Origin: an uncultured Methylophilaceae bacterium
Lineage (GTDB): Bacteria; Pseudomonadota; Gammaproteobacteria; Burkholderiales; Methylophilaceae
Direction of reading: 5' to 3'
DNA length: 64,000 nt
NCBI GenBank assembly: GCA_964470195.1
Contig: CAYYBG010000003.1
Location: 9,012-73,011, forward strand
The notes below the pieces were generated by a model, which saw nothing but the letters and a program-made list of their open reading frames with translations, was not told where the DNA came from and searched no databases. The position numbers and the translations under genes are program-made. Below, in pieces: positions 12,748-24,327 of the stretch (position 1 is its first letter; every line of letters begins with the position of its first letter).

Positions 12748-13137
12748 TCAGAGTGTTTCAGCGGCATCAGGCTTAGCATTTTGATCAGAGGGGTGATTAG
12801 CATGATTTTTTTTCGGCACATACTTATCTAATTGACCATCAACCGTACCACCACTCTCAATCTCGAGCGATTGATAAGCAATTTGGCCTTTAACCCGACC
12901 ACTAGACTTAATCGCAAGGGTTTTTCTAGCCTCGATGGTTTGTTGAATTTCACCTTTAACCTGAATATTGTCAGCAATCACCAAGCCATTGACTTGCCCA
13001 GTCTCCCCGACAAAAACATCCTGTGCACGAATCTCACCATTGACAGTGCCATAAATATGAATATCTGCTGACAGCTCAATATTGCCATCAATCTTAACGC
13101 CCTCACCTATCATGAGGGCGCCCATTTTGTTTTCCAT
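12748..13137 (-). CDS. bactofilin (DUF583) cytoskeletal protein
   Basis: Beta-helical repeat pattern (I.G.V.G.I.A..V.VG..G.V.G) and a charged or Pro-rich tail. GGAG Shine-Dalgarno upstream. Confidence 0.85.
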   Translation of the reverse strand: MENKMGALMIGEGVKIDGNIELSADIHIYGTVNGEIRAQDVFVGETGQVNGLVIADNIQVKGEIQQTIEARKTLAIKSSGRVKGQIAYQSLEIESGGTVDGQLDKYVPKKNHANHPSDQNAKPDAAETL

Positions 13138-13211
13138 AAAGGTTCTCCTGTGACTATTATTATTAAAAAATATGATTCACTTTAAACAATGCTCAAATGC
13201 ATACCTATACT

Positions 13212-13640
13212 TTAATGTTGGCTTTGTAATAGATGACCGGTGAGTATTGCGCCTGACTGAATCTCGATATGTTCATAATGAATTTTTGCTGATACGGCAC
13301 TTCCATCATGCAAAATCAACTGTTTACACTTCACCTCACCTTTCACATTGCCATCAATCACCAGCTTATCCACCAACAAAAAACCGCTAAAGTTTCCAGT
13401 TTTGCCGATATGTACTGTCTCTGCTTTGATGTTGCCTTTGAATTTGCCATCTAAGTGCAAACTACCTGGGTAACTGAAATTGCCGTCAATTTCTGCGCCT
13501 TGGCAAATAATACTGGGCATTAGTTGAATCTGTGGTGTTGCTTCAACTGCTAACTCATTGTCAGTCATTGTTTGTGCTAATGCGTCATGGCTGGGCAATA
13601 TTGGCGTTGAATCCGTCTCGGATTTTTTAAATTTAAACAT
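13212..13640 (-). CDS. bactofilin (DUF583) cytoskeletal protein, paralog
   Basis: Same repeat architecture (GAEIDGNFSYPGSLHLDGKFKGNIKAETVHIGKTGNFSG...). ATG at 13640 preferred. Confidence 0.85.
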   Translation of the reverse strand: MFKFKKSETDSTPILPSHDALAQTMTDNELAVEATPQIQLMPSIICQGAEIDGNFSYPGSLHLDGKFKGNIKAETVHIGKTGNFSGFLLVDKLVIDGNVKGEVKCKQLILHDGSAVSAKIHYEHIEIQSGAILTGHLLQSQH

Positions 13641-13783
13641 ATGGATATCCAATCAAAGATGAACATACAAAAATAAAATTCAGACTATATTAAACATATT
13701 GCAGCGTATTGCAAAGCATCAGCAAATCAGGCAAGACGGGCTAATGGTAAAATCAGCAACCCTAATTGTTGAGAGTCCAAACG

Positions 13784-14185
13784 ATGACACAGATTCCAAT
13801 CACATCATGCTATGCGGCACTTCTAGGCTTAATTTTTGTAAAACTCAGTCTTCGCACCGTCCGACTACGCAGAAAAATTAAAACGGCATTAGGTGATGGA
13901 GATGATGATCAATTAAAACGTGCGATTCGGGCGCACGCCAATTTTTCCGAATACACGCCTATCGCATTATTGCTATTGGCTATGGCAGAAAATCTTATGG
14001 TCTATGGAATGATCATTCAAGTACTGGGAATCGCTCTGCTAATAGGTCGAAGCCTGCACGCCTATGGACTCAGTCAAATCAAAGAAGATTATCGTTATCG
14101 AATTGCGGGCATGCAACTAACATTAAACATGATGATAGTCAGTGCTTGCCTGATTCTGTGGAAACTAGTCACATCGTCTACATAG
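13784..14185 (+). CDS. MAPEG family membrane protein (YecN-like)
   Basis: Four hydrophobic segments. R..R........GD......R..RAH.NF.EY.P pattern. ATG at 13784. Confidence 0.75.
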   Translation: MTQIPITSCYAALLGLIFVKLSLRTVRLRRKIKTALGDGDDDQLKRAIRAHANFSEYTPIALLLLAMAENLMVYGMIIQVLGIALLIGRSLHAYGLSQIKEDYRYRIAGMQLTLNMMIVSACLILWKLVTSST

Positions 14186-14218
14186 ATCCTTGTAGGAAAA
14201 AAACGAGGAAGTTAATCG

Positions 14219-14809
14219 CTATTTCAATATTTGCAGCGCAAGTGCAGCGGTTTTGCTGAGATCTTGTTGCTTTGCTCCATCTTTGGCACTCAAAGCCATG
14301 CCTTTAATTAAGGTCACAAAAAATTCAGCGAGTTGATGTGGCGTTACATCATGTTTTAGTTGCCGATCTGCTGCAGCCCGCTCAAAACGCTTCAACCATA
14401 GTTTTTGGTACTCGTGTCGCATGGATTGTAAAGTGGCGACATGTTGTTGATGTTCTGGAGAGGCATTAATGGCGGCGGTCATAATTAAGCAAGTTGGTGG
14501 GTTATCTTGACTGGTAAAGATACGCACACATTCATTTAAGGTATTTGCAACCGCTTCAACGATATCATCTGTATTATTTAAAATATCAAACTGCTTGTGC
14601 ACGACCACGGGCAGATAATGTGCCACCACCTCTTTAAAGATTGCGTCCTTATTGCCAAAAGCGGCATATAAACTCGGCGCTTTCATCCCAATCGCCTGAA
14701 TCAAATCCGCCATGCTAGTGCCTTCAAAACCTTTTTCCCAAAACACATGCATGGCCTTGTCGAGCGCTTCATCTTTATCAAAGGTTCTTGGTCTTCCTGC
14801 TTTTGCCAT
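14219..14809 (-). CDS. TetR family transcriptional regulator
   Basis: N-terminal HTH (GRPRTFDKDEALDKAMHVFWEKGFEGTSMADL). Divergent from the SDR gene. Confidence 0.9.
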   Translation of the reverse strand: MAKAGRPRTFDKDEALDKAMHVFWEKGFEGTSMADLIQAIGMKAPSLYAAFGNKDAIFKEVVAHYLPVVVHKQFDILNNTDDIVEAVANTLNECVRIFTSQDNPPTCLIMTAAINASPEHQQHVATLQSMRHEYQKLWLKRFERAAADRQLKHDVTPHQLAEFFVTLIKGMALSAKDGAKQQDLSKTAALALQILK

Positions 14810-14884
14810 ACTAAATCCTTATTAATACTTCAATAATATAACACGGATTACAGAAATCGATTGACAGTTCAGTAATATAAGCAT

Positions 14885-14910
14885 AATAATGTAATCCACA
14901 TTACATTATT
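14885..14910. promoter_or_regulatory. candidate TetR operator palindrome in the divergent promoter region
   Basis: Perfect 11-bp inverted repeat AATAATGTAAT-ccac-ATTACATTATT. An extra half-site GGATTACA lies about 35 bp to the left. Confidence 0.5.
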
Positions 14911-14944
14911 CCATGAAATGTATCAATAAAAGGGAGATTTAATC

Positions 14945-15676
14945 ATGAGTAGAGTCGCATTTATCACCGGTGGTAATCGAGGTATAGGATTTGAAACAGC
15001 CAAAGCATTAGGGGCAGAAGGGATCAATATCATTATTGGCTGTCGCGATTTAGATAAAGGACAAGCAGCCAAAAAAACACTGCAAGATTTAGCTATACAA
15101 GCCGAGTGCATCCACTACGACGCAAATGATGAACAAGCGCCTCAACGTGTTTATCAGGCGATTGAAAAAAATTACGGTGCATTGGATATATTAATCAATA
15201 ACGCTGGCATCATAAGCGAGGATTTAATCGGAAAAAATAGTAGCGCATCTGTAGAGGCTACTGTACTCAAACAAACTTTCCAAAACAATTTCTTTGCAGT
15301 TGTCGCACTAACACAAAAGCTTTTGCCCTTATTAATGAAATCCACAGCAGGTCGCATCGTAAATTTATCCAGTATAGTCGGCTCACTGTCTATTCACAGT
15401 TTAGAAAACTCCCCGATTGAACCGGCCAAAGCATTTGCCTATAACGCATCCAAAACTGCATTAAATGCCTTTACGGTTCACTTGGCACATGAGCTCAAAG
15501 ACAGCAATATCAAGGTCAATTCTGCCCATCCTGGATGGGTAAAAACCGAACTGGGTGGACCATACGCACCTATGGAAGTCAGTGAGAGTTACAAGACATC
15601 ATTGCGTCTTGCAACCCTAGACAAACATGGCCCTACAGGTGGATTTTTTCACGAGACAGAGACACTACCTTGGTAA
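14945..15676 (+). CDS. short-chain dehydrogenase/reductase (SDR)
   Basis: TGGNRGIG cofactor motif, NNAG, catalytic YNASK. Confidence 0.9.
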   Translation: MSRVAFITGGNRGIGFETAKALGAEGINIIIGCRDLDKGQAAKKTLQDLAIQAECIHYDANDEQAPQRVYQAIEKNYGALDILINNAGIISEDLIGKNSSASVEATVLKQTFQNNFFAVVALTQKLLPLLMKSTAGRIVNLSSIVGSLSIHSLENSPIEPAKAFAYNASKTALNAFTVHLAHELKDSNIKVNSAHPGWVKTELGGPYAPMEVSESYKTSLRLATLDKHGPTGGFFHETETLPW

Positions 15677-15684
15677 CAGCCGGC

Positions 15685-15918
15685 ATGAACAAAATCCCTA
15701 ATCGATACCGCATGATGGTATTCGCAGTCATCATGTCCTTATGCACTGCCATGACCGTCAGTGGTGTTATCACATGGATACATGTAGATCAATGGAAAGA
15801 ATTTTTATCTCAATGGCAAGCAGCCTTTTTGCTGGCATGGCCTATTGTATTTCTATGTATCTTAATTACAGGACCAGCCATCAACCGATTGGTGAATACC
15901 ATCGTAGAACAAGGTTGA
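15685..15918 (+). CDS. DUF2798-like small membrane protein
   Basis: Two TM helices. The N-terminus MNKIPNRY..MVFAVIMS is typical of DUF2798. Confidence 0.6.
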   Translation: MNKIPNRYRMMVFAVIMSLCTAMTVSGVITWIHVDQWKEFLSQWQAAFLLAWPIVFLCILITGPAINRLVNTIVEQG

Positions 15919-15967
15919 GCAAAGCAGGGAATCGCAAATGCAACAAGAACAAGCAAAGGAGAGATAA

Positions 15968-16792
15968 ATGCAACACTATTCAAAGATAAACATCCATCAA
16001 CGTGACATCACCTACTGGGAGACAGGTCAAGGGGAAAAACCCTTACTGTTATTGCATACCCTGCGCACCCAAATTGAGTATACCGAGCGAGTAGTAGCCT
16101 TATTACAGGACCAATATCGCATCATCGTGCCCGACCTACCAGGATTTGGACGCTCATCCAAAGAACTGCATCAGCCATATGACGCAACATTGTTTGCTGA
16201 GACAATCCAAGCACTGATCAATCAATTAGCACTCAAACAGCTGACTATCGCAGGTGAATCAATCGGCGCAAGCATCGCGTTATACCTAGCAGCGGAAATG
16301 CCGAATACCATCAGTAGCGTATTCGCATTTAATCCTCATGACAGTATGGGGGCATTGATAGGAGGACCAGTGGGGAAAATCGTGTCATTTGTCGGAAAAT
16401 ATTCAGCAGCACCTTTCAAAAAAGATAACCCAGCATTATTTAAATTCATCTTACAGGCAGGGTTTGCCAATCACAAAAATTTACCCGATGCGTTTGTTGA
16501 AAAATTGATGACCGTTCCCACCCAAGATAAAAATTTTGCTCAGGTCATGAAATCCTTGATGCAAAACGCAGCTTCATGGCCATTAATGGCAGATATGCAA
16601 TACCCCAGAATATCAGACAGGATTGCAACCACAGTGATATATGGCGACCAAGACTGGTCACCGCGTGATGCACTCAAACAAAATCAGAAAAGATTGCCTT
16701 TTCATGTAAATTTCAAAATTATGCCTAACACTGGGCACTTTTCATTTTTGGATAATCCCAAAGCGGTGGCAGAAATTATTCTTGCAAAATAA
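15968..16792 (+). CDS. alpha/beta hydrolase
   Basis: Nucleophile elbow GESIG, C-terminal GHF, and the expected length. Confidence 0.85.
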   Translation: MQHYSKINIHQRDITYWETGQGEKPLLLLHTLRTQIEYTERVVALLQDQYRIIVPDLPGFGRSSKELHQPYDATLFAETIQALINQLALKQLTIAGESIGASIALYLAAEMPNTISSVFAFNPHDSMGALIGGPVGKIVSFVGKYSAAPFKKDNPALFKFILQAGFANHKNLPDAFVEKLMTVPTQDKNFAQVMKSLMQNAASWPLMADMQYPRISDRIATTVIYGDQDWSPRDALKQNQKRLPFHVNFKIMPNTGHFSFLDNPKAVAEIILAK

Positions 16793-16976
16793 ACCAACAG
16801 CGACAGGCAAAATTGCAATATACGCACTGCCCTATTTATCGGCACGCTTATGCACTAAGGCAATCGAGCAAGTGGAGATTACAAGGGTATGCTACTCGCA
16901 CCCAGGACTGAAGTCGGTATGCTAAAAATGCAAGCGAAAAAAGTTGCAAGAAAGCTACCAATAGACAAGCGTGACA

Positions 16977-17885
16977 CTACTCAGTCTCAAAACCCCGCAT
17001 TCTTGATTTAATGACTCTAAGCATTCCCGGATGATTCACTCGACGTTCGGTGGTGATGGCATAAATTTTTTCGTGCACTGAGTCAATGACCCCAATTAAT
17101 TCAACCTGAAAGGTAGTACAAATAAAATTTCGCAAGGAATAAGGCGCAACAAAAAAACCATGCCCTCTTTGTCCAAATAATTTCATCATCACACTATCAT
17201 CAAACTCAGCAACAATCAGTGGGCTAATTTTATTAGTCTCAAACCATTTGACTAACAACTCTTTGAAATGAAATTGATCCCCTGGCATTAGAAAATTAGC
17301 ACCATGCAGCATCTCAGGAAAAACAGCATTTTCCGCGATGGTTGTGATCAGTTGTTTTGATCCATATACCGCCAATGGACTTGAACCAAGATTATGATTA
17401 AATACATTGGTATTGACACTCTCTTGAACCTCTCTATCAGAGATCACAACATCCAGTCGATTAATGCACAATTCAGAAATCAGATCATTTAATTTACCCT
17501 GCTTACAATTTAAACGGATGTTGTAGTCATCTTCAAAAATAGGTTCCATCAAATTCAGGGCAGCGGATTTGGTAATGCAATCTGTAATACCGATTCGCAA
17601 TTGCTCTCGATGGCTTATTTGTCGATTTTCAATAAACGATGAAAGCTCACTACCAATGGAAAAAATTTCTTCTGCATAGTTAAAGATTTGCCGACCATAG
17701 TCACTCAGTTGAAGACCCCGACCAACCTTGCGAAATAAGACACAGCCCAAGCTCTCCTCAAGCTCTGTCAACTGTGCACTGATAGATTGGGGCGAAATAA
17801 AAAGTTTTTCACTTGCCTTGGCAATGCTTCCAAGTTTTCCAACCATCCAAAAATAACGTAGGTGTTTATAATTGATCTCAGCCAT
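16977..17885 (-). CDS. LysR family transcriptional regulator, NhaR-like
   Basis: The N-terminal HTH INYKHLRYFWMVGKLGSIAKASEKLFISPQSIS resembles E. coli NhaR (INYNHLYYFW). nhaA lies 1.8 kb away. ATG at 17885. Confidence 0.85.
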   Translation of the reverse strand: MAEINYKHLRYFWMVGKLGSIAKASEKLFISPQSISAQLTELEESLGCVLFRKVGRGLQLSDYGRQIFNYAEEIFSIGSELSSFIENRQISHREQLRIGITDCITKSAALNLMEPIFEDDYNIRLNCKQGKLNDLISELCINRLDVVISDREVQESVNTNVFNHNLGSSPLAVYGSKQLITTIAENAVFPEMLHGANFLMPGDQFHFKELLVKWFETNKISPLIVAEFDDSVMMKLFGQRGHGFFVAPYSLRNFICTTFQVELIGVIDSVHEKIYAITTERRVNHPGMLRVIKSRMRGFETE

Positions 17886-18099
17886 TAAATGTAATACACA
17901 CAAAAAAATTGATTGATCTAGATGCGATATATCTTCAAAACATCGTCAATAACGCTCTAATTGTTAGACAAGAATTAATTATAAGTTCAATAATTAATTT
18001 ATATTGATATCCATATATCAAACAATTTTTTTCGAAGTAATAAACAATTTAATTGGAATTTTAATTTTGCTTGCCCATATTTAAGATATTCATGTGATC

Positions 18100-18197
18100 G
18101 AATACCAAGTAGAAATCTAGGAGAGATATATTTTAAATATTGATTGCCTAGACTCAATTTCCCATTGATTATCTTGCACATATTCTACTTGGTATTC
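18100..18197. repeat. perfect 15-bp inverted repeat (GAATACCAAGTAGAA / TTCTACTTGGTATTC) with a 68-bp spacer
   Basis: Read directly from the sequence: arms at 18100-18114 and 18183-18197, inside a 630-bp AT-rich non-coding region. Confidence 0.7.
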
Positions 18198-18444
18198 AGG
18201 TCACTCCCCCCTGATTCAGAAATCCAAATCCACATCATTGCTTTTTTGACTTGCGCACTCATCATGCCTATTGCTGTCCAGCATTAATTCAAATTTTCAA
18301 TCAAGACCAAACCAATGGCGCAGTCATCAAGACTGCCTGACAAAATACTGCCGAGATACAATCAGTTTCAGCGCATCATTAATCAGATGCGTTAAGCATT
18401 GAGGGTGCTATTGCGAAATCAAGCAATCGACTTATATAAATCAT

Positions 18445-18482
18445 AAAAAAACACCAGCCGTCAGATAAATCGATGACTGGTG
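18445..18482 (-). terminator. rho-independent terminator after the porin gene
   Basis: On the minus strand: CACCAGTCA...TGACGGCTGGTG hairpin followed by T7. Confidence 0.55.
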
Positions 18483-18530
18483 TTTGATTGAAAATCAATA
18501 TGTAAATTGCCTTTGGGAGCCCTTTGCAGC

Positions 18531-19310
18531 TTAGAAGTTTTTAGTCAAATTGACTACCAAACGGTTGGTCCCAAACCCTGGAATATCAAAGGCATCTTGA
18601 CCGTTTCCATCAGTTCCATGATAAGCCGCTGAGATTTCCAAATTTGCTGGTAATGGATGAGATAAACCGATGATGTAATTCGTCCAGCTAGATTTATCAA
18701 CACCAAAGATGCCTAGAAAATCTCGGCTCGGGTTTCTGGTATGTCCCAGCGTTGCCATGATTGACAATTTATCGATGATGGGCGCCTTGTAGGATGCATA
18801 GGTGTAGATAGCATTACCAGTTTCACCAAAGAAATTATCCGAATAAGAGACCCCAGCAGTGAAGCCTTTGTAACTCAATGAACCATAAAAGTCATTAAAA
18901 TCACGTCTCACACCACCCTTAGTTTCTGCAGGAAACCCGCGGTTCATGCCTGGATAAAATGTGCGCATATAGCCAACATCAAAAGATAAATCATCCGAGA
19001 GGTTTTTGGTGTATCCAAACAGGAAATTACCCTCCAAACCAGAACCAGAACCATCACTGGCTCTCAAGGTTGTATTTGAACCCCATAATGTTAGGTAAAT
19101 ACCAGTTTTTGATTTTACAGAGGCTTGACCTTGAACTGCTGCACCATTGTCGGACAGAGACAGACCTCTGTACATGAAATTGTTAGTACCAGTTAAAAAT
19201 CCAGACACTTCGTAGTCTGAGGATTCCTTTTGAGACGCTGTATCTTCTGCATATGTAACATTAGAAAATAGCATGACTGCTGGTAAAAAGAATAAAACAC
19301 TTTTTTTCAT
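18531..19310 (-). CDS. TorF/TIGR02001-family outer-membrane beta-barrel (putative porin)
   Basis: Signal peptide. VSGFLTGTNNFMYRGLSLSDNGAAVQG matches the family N-terminal signature. Alternating beta-strand pattern and a terminal aromatic residue (..KNF). Confidence 0.8.
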   Translation of the reverse strand: MKKSVLFFLPAVMLFSNVTYAEDTASQKESSDYEVSGFLTGTNNFMYRGLSLSDNGAAVQGQASVKSKTGIYLTLWGSNTTLRASDGSGSGLEGNFLFGYTKNLSDDLSFDVGYMRTFYPGMNRGFPAETKGGVRRDFNDFYGSLSYKGFTAGVSYSDNFFGETGNAIYTYASYKAPIIDKLSIMATLGHTRNPSRDFLGIFGVDKSSWTNYIIGLSHPLPANLEISAAYHGTDGNGQDAFDIPGFGTNRLVVNLTKNF

Positions 19311-19480
19311 TTGAGACTCCTAAGTTTTTTTAGCAGACTCAATTTCCCAGCTAGATAAAAGCATTTTTCATGCCAACTATCGAATTTGATCTTAATCTAA
19401 TTCAATTTAAAAATAGTCTATTAGGCAATTGTTTATTTTAATCAGTGAATTATCCATGGTGATTGGGCAAGTGTAGGCGT

Positions 19481-19513
19481 AAAAAAAACCCCTGAATTTT
19501 ATTGAATCAGGGG
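19481..19513 (-). terminator. rho-independent terminator about 200 nt downstream of nhaA
   Basis: On the minus strand: CCCCTGATTCAAT..ATTCAGGGG followed by T8. Confidence 0.6.
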
Positions 19514-19711
19514 CATCACGGTTCGATAACAAGCGTTTTCATGGTGAAGATTTTGACGGCTAGCCCTGAAAAAGTGCAAACGCACCTATTGAAACCAACA
19601 TATGATTGACCAATGACTGATTGCTGATAGACAGATTGGCTTTGATAAGCAGACCAAAGCGTGGAGCAATAGCGCATGCAAACGCCAGAGCAATATATCA
19701 ATCCAACAAGC

Positions 19712-21136
19712 TCAATTCTTGGCGTATTTGTTTCCTAGCCAGAAAAGCAGGGAAAAACCAATAATGCCCGCTATTAAAGATGCCGCAAAAATCCCCGTTT
19801 TTGCCATCAGCAAATAATCAGAGTGATTTGCAAATGCAAGCTCTGCAATAAAAATAGACATGGTAAAGCCAATTCCACCCAATACAGAGACGGCTGCCAA
19901 CTGACTGAAACGCGTTCCCGTTGGTAATTTTGCGATACCCAAGCGCAACCCAAGCCAGCATGCGCCCACAATGCCAATAAACTTGCCAAATAACAAACCC
20001 AACATAACACCTAGGGTTACTGGGTGAAGCAATGTTTGTTGTAAGGTAGTCAAATCCAGCGAGATACCTGCATTAAATAATGCAAAAATCGGAATCACTA
20101 AAAATGCCACAGGCAGATGCCATATGCTCTCCAATCGTTGCAAAGGCGTTTGAACAGACACCGCACTGGCTTCAATATTCTGTACCACCGCATACAGTTT
20201 CTGATTGCTCAATACACTGCTCCCTGACTTGCGGCTCGCAATAAAAGCATCCACCTGTTCATTCACCCGATCGGCAAATAATCCAGGATCATATTTAGAA
20301 CGCATCGGAACAGTAAATGCGCCCAACACACCAGCCAAGGTAGCATGTACCCCTGACTGCAGCATCGCATACCACAAAAATACAGCCACAATAAAATAAG
20401 GAATCGCTTTGCGAATACCTGCATAGTTCATAGAAAGCAATAGCAGCACCAAAGCAAACGCTGTCAGCAACCATAGCAAAGAAAGTTGCTTGGTATAAAA
20501 CAAGGCAATCACCAGCACAGCACCCAAGTCATCAACAATCGCCAATGCCACTAAAAATGTGACTAAGGCTTTGGGCACACGCTTCGATAACAGCGCCAAC
20601 ACTCCGACCGCAAAAGCAATATCCGTCGCCATCGGCACACCCCAACCCCGCATAGCATCAGCCTGATGGTTAAACGCCACATAAATCAATGCCGGCACAA
20701 CCATGCCGCCAACCGCAGCAATCACTGGCAAAGACGCCTGACGTAAATCGGACAATTCACCAACCACGATTTCTCGTTTAAGCTCGAGCCCCACCACAAA
20801 GAAAAACAAAGCCATCAATGCATCATTCACCCAATGATGCAGACTCATTTGCAGACTCCAGTCGCCAATACTCAACGCTAAAGGCGTATGAATCAGGTGT
20901 AGATACCAGTCTGCTATAAAGCTATTAGAGAGAAAGAGCGCAATCACAGCAGCGGCCATTAATAAAATACCCCCCGCTGTCTGACGACTGACAAACTCCT
21001 CGAAAGGCGTTAATACCTTGCTAAAAGACCTCTCCCAAGGGGCATATATAATACCGCCTTCTGAATTGACATCTTTTCTCTTATTCACAACCATTCTGCG
21101 CATCCAATCCTGAAACAACTTTAATTTAGAAACCAT
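19712..21136 (-). CDS. nhaA: Na+/H+ antiporter NhaA
   Basis: Multi-TM protein with NhaA motifs (AGGILLMAAAVIAL, ALAIVDDLGAV, GIGFTMSIFI). The N-terminal start is uncertain. Confidence 0.92.
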   Translation of the reverse strand: MVSKLKLFQDWMRRMVVNKRKDVNSEGGIIYAPWERSFSKVLTPFEEFVSRQTAGGILLMAAAVIALFLSNSFIADWYLHLIHTPLALSIGDWSLQMSLHHWVNDALMALFFFVVGLELKREIVVGELSDLRQASLPVIAAVGGMVVPALIYVAFNHQADAMRGWGVPMATDIAFAVGVLALLSKRVPKALVTFLVALAIVDDLGAVLVIALFYTKQLSLLWLLTAFALVLLLLSMNYAGIRKAIPYFIVAVFLWYAMLQSGVHATLAGVLGAFTVPMRSKYDPGLFADRVNEQVDAFIASRKSGSSVLSNQKLYAVVQNIEASAVSVQTPLQRLESIWHLPVAFLVIPIFALFNAGISLDLTTLQQTLLHPVTLGVMLGLLFGKFIGIVGACWLGLRLGIAKLPTGTRFSQLAAVSVLGGIGFTMSIFIAELAFANHSDYLLMAKTGIFAASLIAGIIGFSLLFWLGNKYAKN

Positions 21137-21644
21137 CTGATTAAACGACTTATATTATATGCCATCAGCAAGGTATTGAAATTTTGCCGTACTCTTTAGC
21201 ATGCGTTATTACTTCTTATATTTTCTTAACGATGGACACCATGATTATCATGGCAGTGACAAAAACTTTGATCTCTCAATCCCCTAATTTAACCTCCAAA
21301 CTGTCATCGTAATCGATAATATTGAATGATCTGAGTACTTGAAAAAAAACATGATAGAAAATTAGCAACAAACCTGATGTATCGCTAGCACTTGGTCTAG
21401 GAAGCATTGAGATTATCTTGTGGTAGCTCAACACCAAGTAAAATTTACTGCCATCTATTTCGTTAAATTATCAGTCAAGTCCTTTATACACGCCTCGGAC
21501 AGGCACAAATAGTTTAATTAATTAAAATCATAGTCAGTCTAGCTATTAATAAAACAAATTAATCGTATTTAAAAATACAATTATCTTTATTAATCAATAA
21601 AATTTACTATTTCACTCAAGTTAATCAACTGTATCGGAGTGAAT

Positions 21645-21791
21645 ATGTTTGCATCTTCCAAATTAGCCCGAATACGTCATCAATTTTTGTTATTGGATTG
21701 CAAGACTAAGCGTTTGCATTTTTCTGCTGTCCAACAACAAAGTTTTAGTATTTTGCAAGAGATGTTCGCAAATTGGGCACTGACCCATTAA
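21645..21791 (+). CDS. candidate 48-aa upstream ORF preceding katG
   Basis: ATG with GGAG 8 nt upstream. The ORF ends 25 nt before the katG start. I recognised no family. Confidence 0.25.
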   Translation: MFASSKLARIRHQFLLLDCKTKRLHFSAVQQQSFSILQEMFANWALTH

Positions 21792-21807
21792 TCACTTTAA
21801 CTTTTAG

Positions 21808-23943
<2,136 letters not shown>

Positions 23944-23991
23944 TACCTTGCACTTGTCTAGACCTATGTCTGGCAAGAAAGCAAATTCAAA

Positions 23992-24017
23992 GGGGCTCAA
24001 CAGAGCCCCTTTTTTTA
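23992..24017 (+). terminator. rho-independent terminator after katG
   Basis: GGGGCTC-aaca-GAGCCCC followed by T8. Confidence 0.75.
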
Positions 24018-24327
24018 TTCTATCCCCTCAGCAAGCTCTAAAGGCTTTTGTTACAGCAGCGACATACCAAATACGATTGCGAAACCTTAAGAATTTTTGA
24101 CACTAAAAACCAATTAATCAAGTGAAAACTATGTCTAACATTCAATCCGCAATCTTTGCAGTACTACTGCACGGGTGCACCCCGTTTCTTGATTACCAAA
24201 CTGTCGTGAATCCCGACAGATTCACTGTCAAAATAATTGACACTTAAAACCACACATCAGGGTTGGATTGAAATTTTGGGCAGAAGGCGGCTATACCTCT
24301 AAAGCCGCATACTTTGATAGCACTTAA

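Noticed and set aside
17999-18181. 60-aa minus-strand ORF in the AT-rich region upstream of the LysR gene.
   Set aside because: Its composition is driven by AT-rich sequence. It has no Shine-Dalgarno sequence, starts inside the inverted-repeat spacer, and has no recognisable motif.
19516-19701. 61-aa ORF between nhaA and its terminator.
   Set aside because: It has no Shine-Dalgarno sequence, its composition is Cys/Ser-rich, and I recognised no family. It is more likely part of the nhaA 3' UTR.
21500-21560. ATAG/CTAT elements upstream of katG, considered as an OxyR binding site.
   Set aside because: The spacing (ATAG-N9-CTAT, single unit) does not fit the ATAG-N7-CTAT-N7-ATAG-N7-CTAT tetranucleotide arrangement. 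AT-rich sequence produces such tetramers readily.
24131-24247. 38-codon ORF (MSNIQSAIFAVLLHGCTPF...) with a lipobox-like LHGC downstream of katG.
   Set aside because: The ribosome-binding site is weak and I cannot assess conservation. A short ORF like this in an intergenic region could arise by chance.
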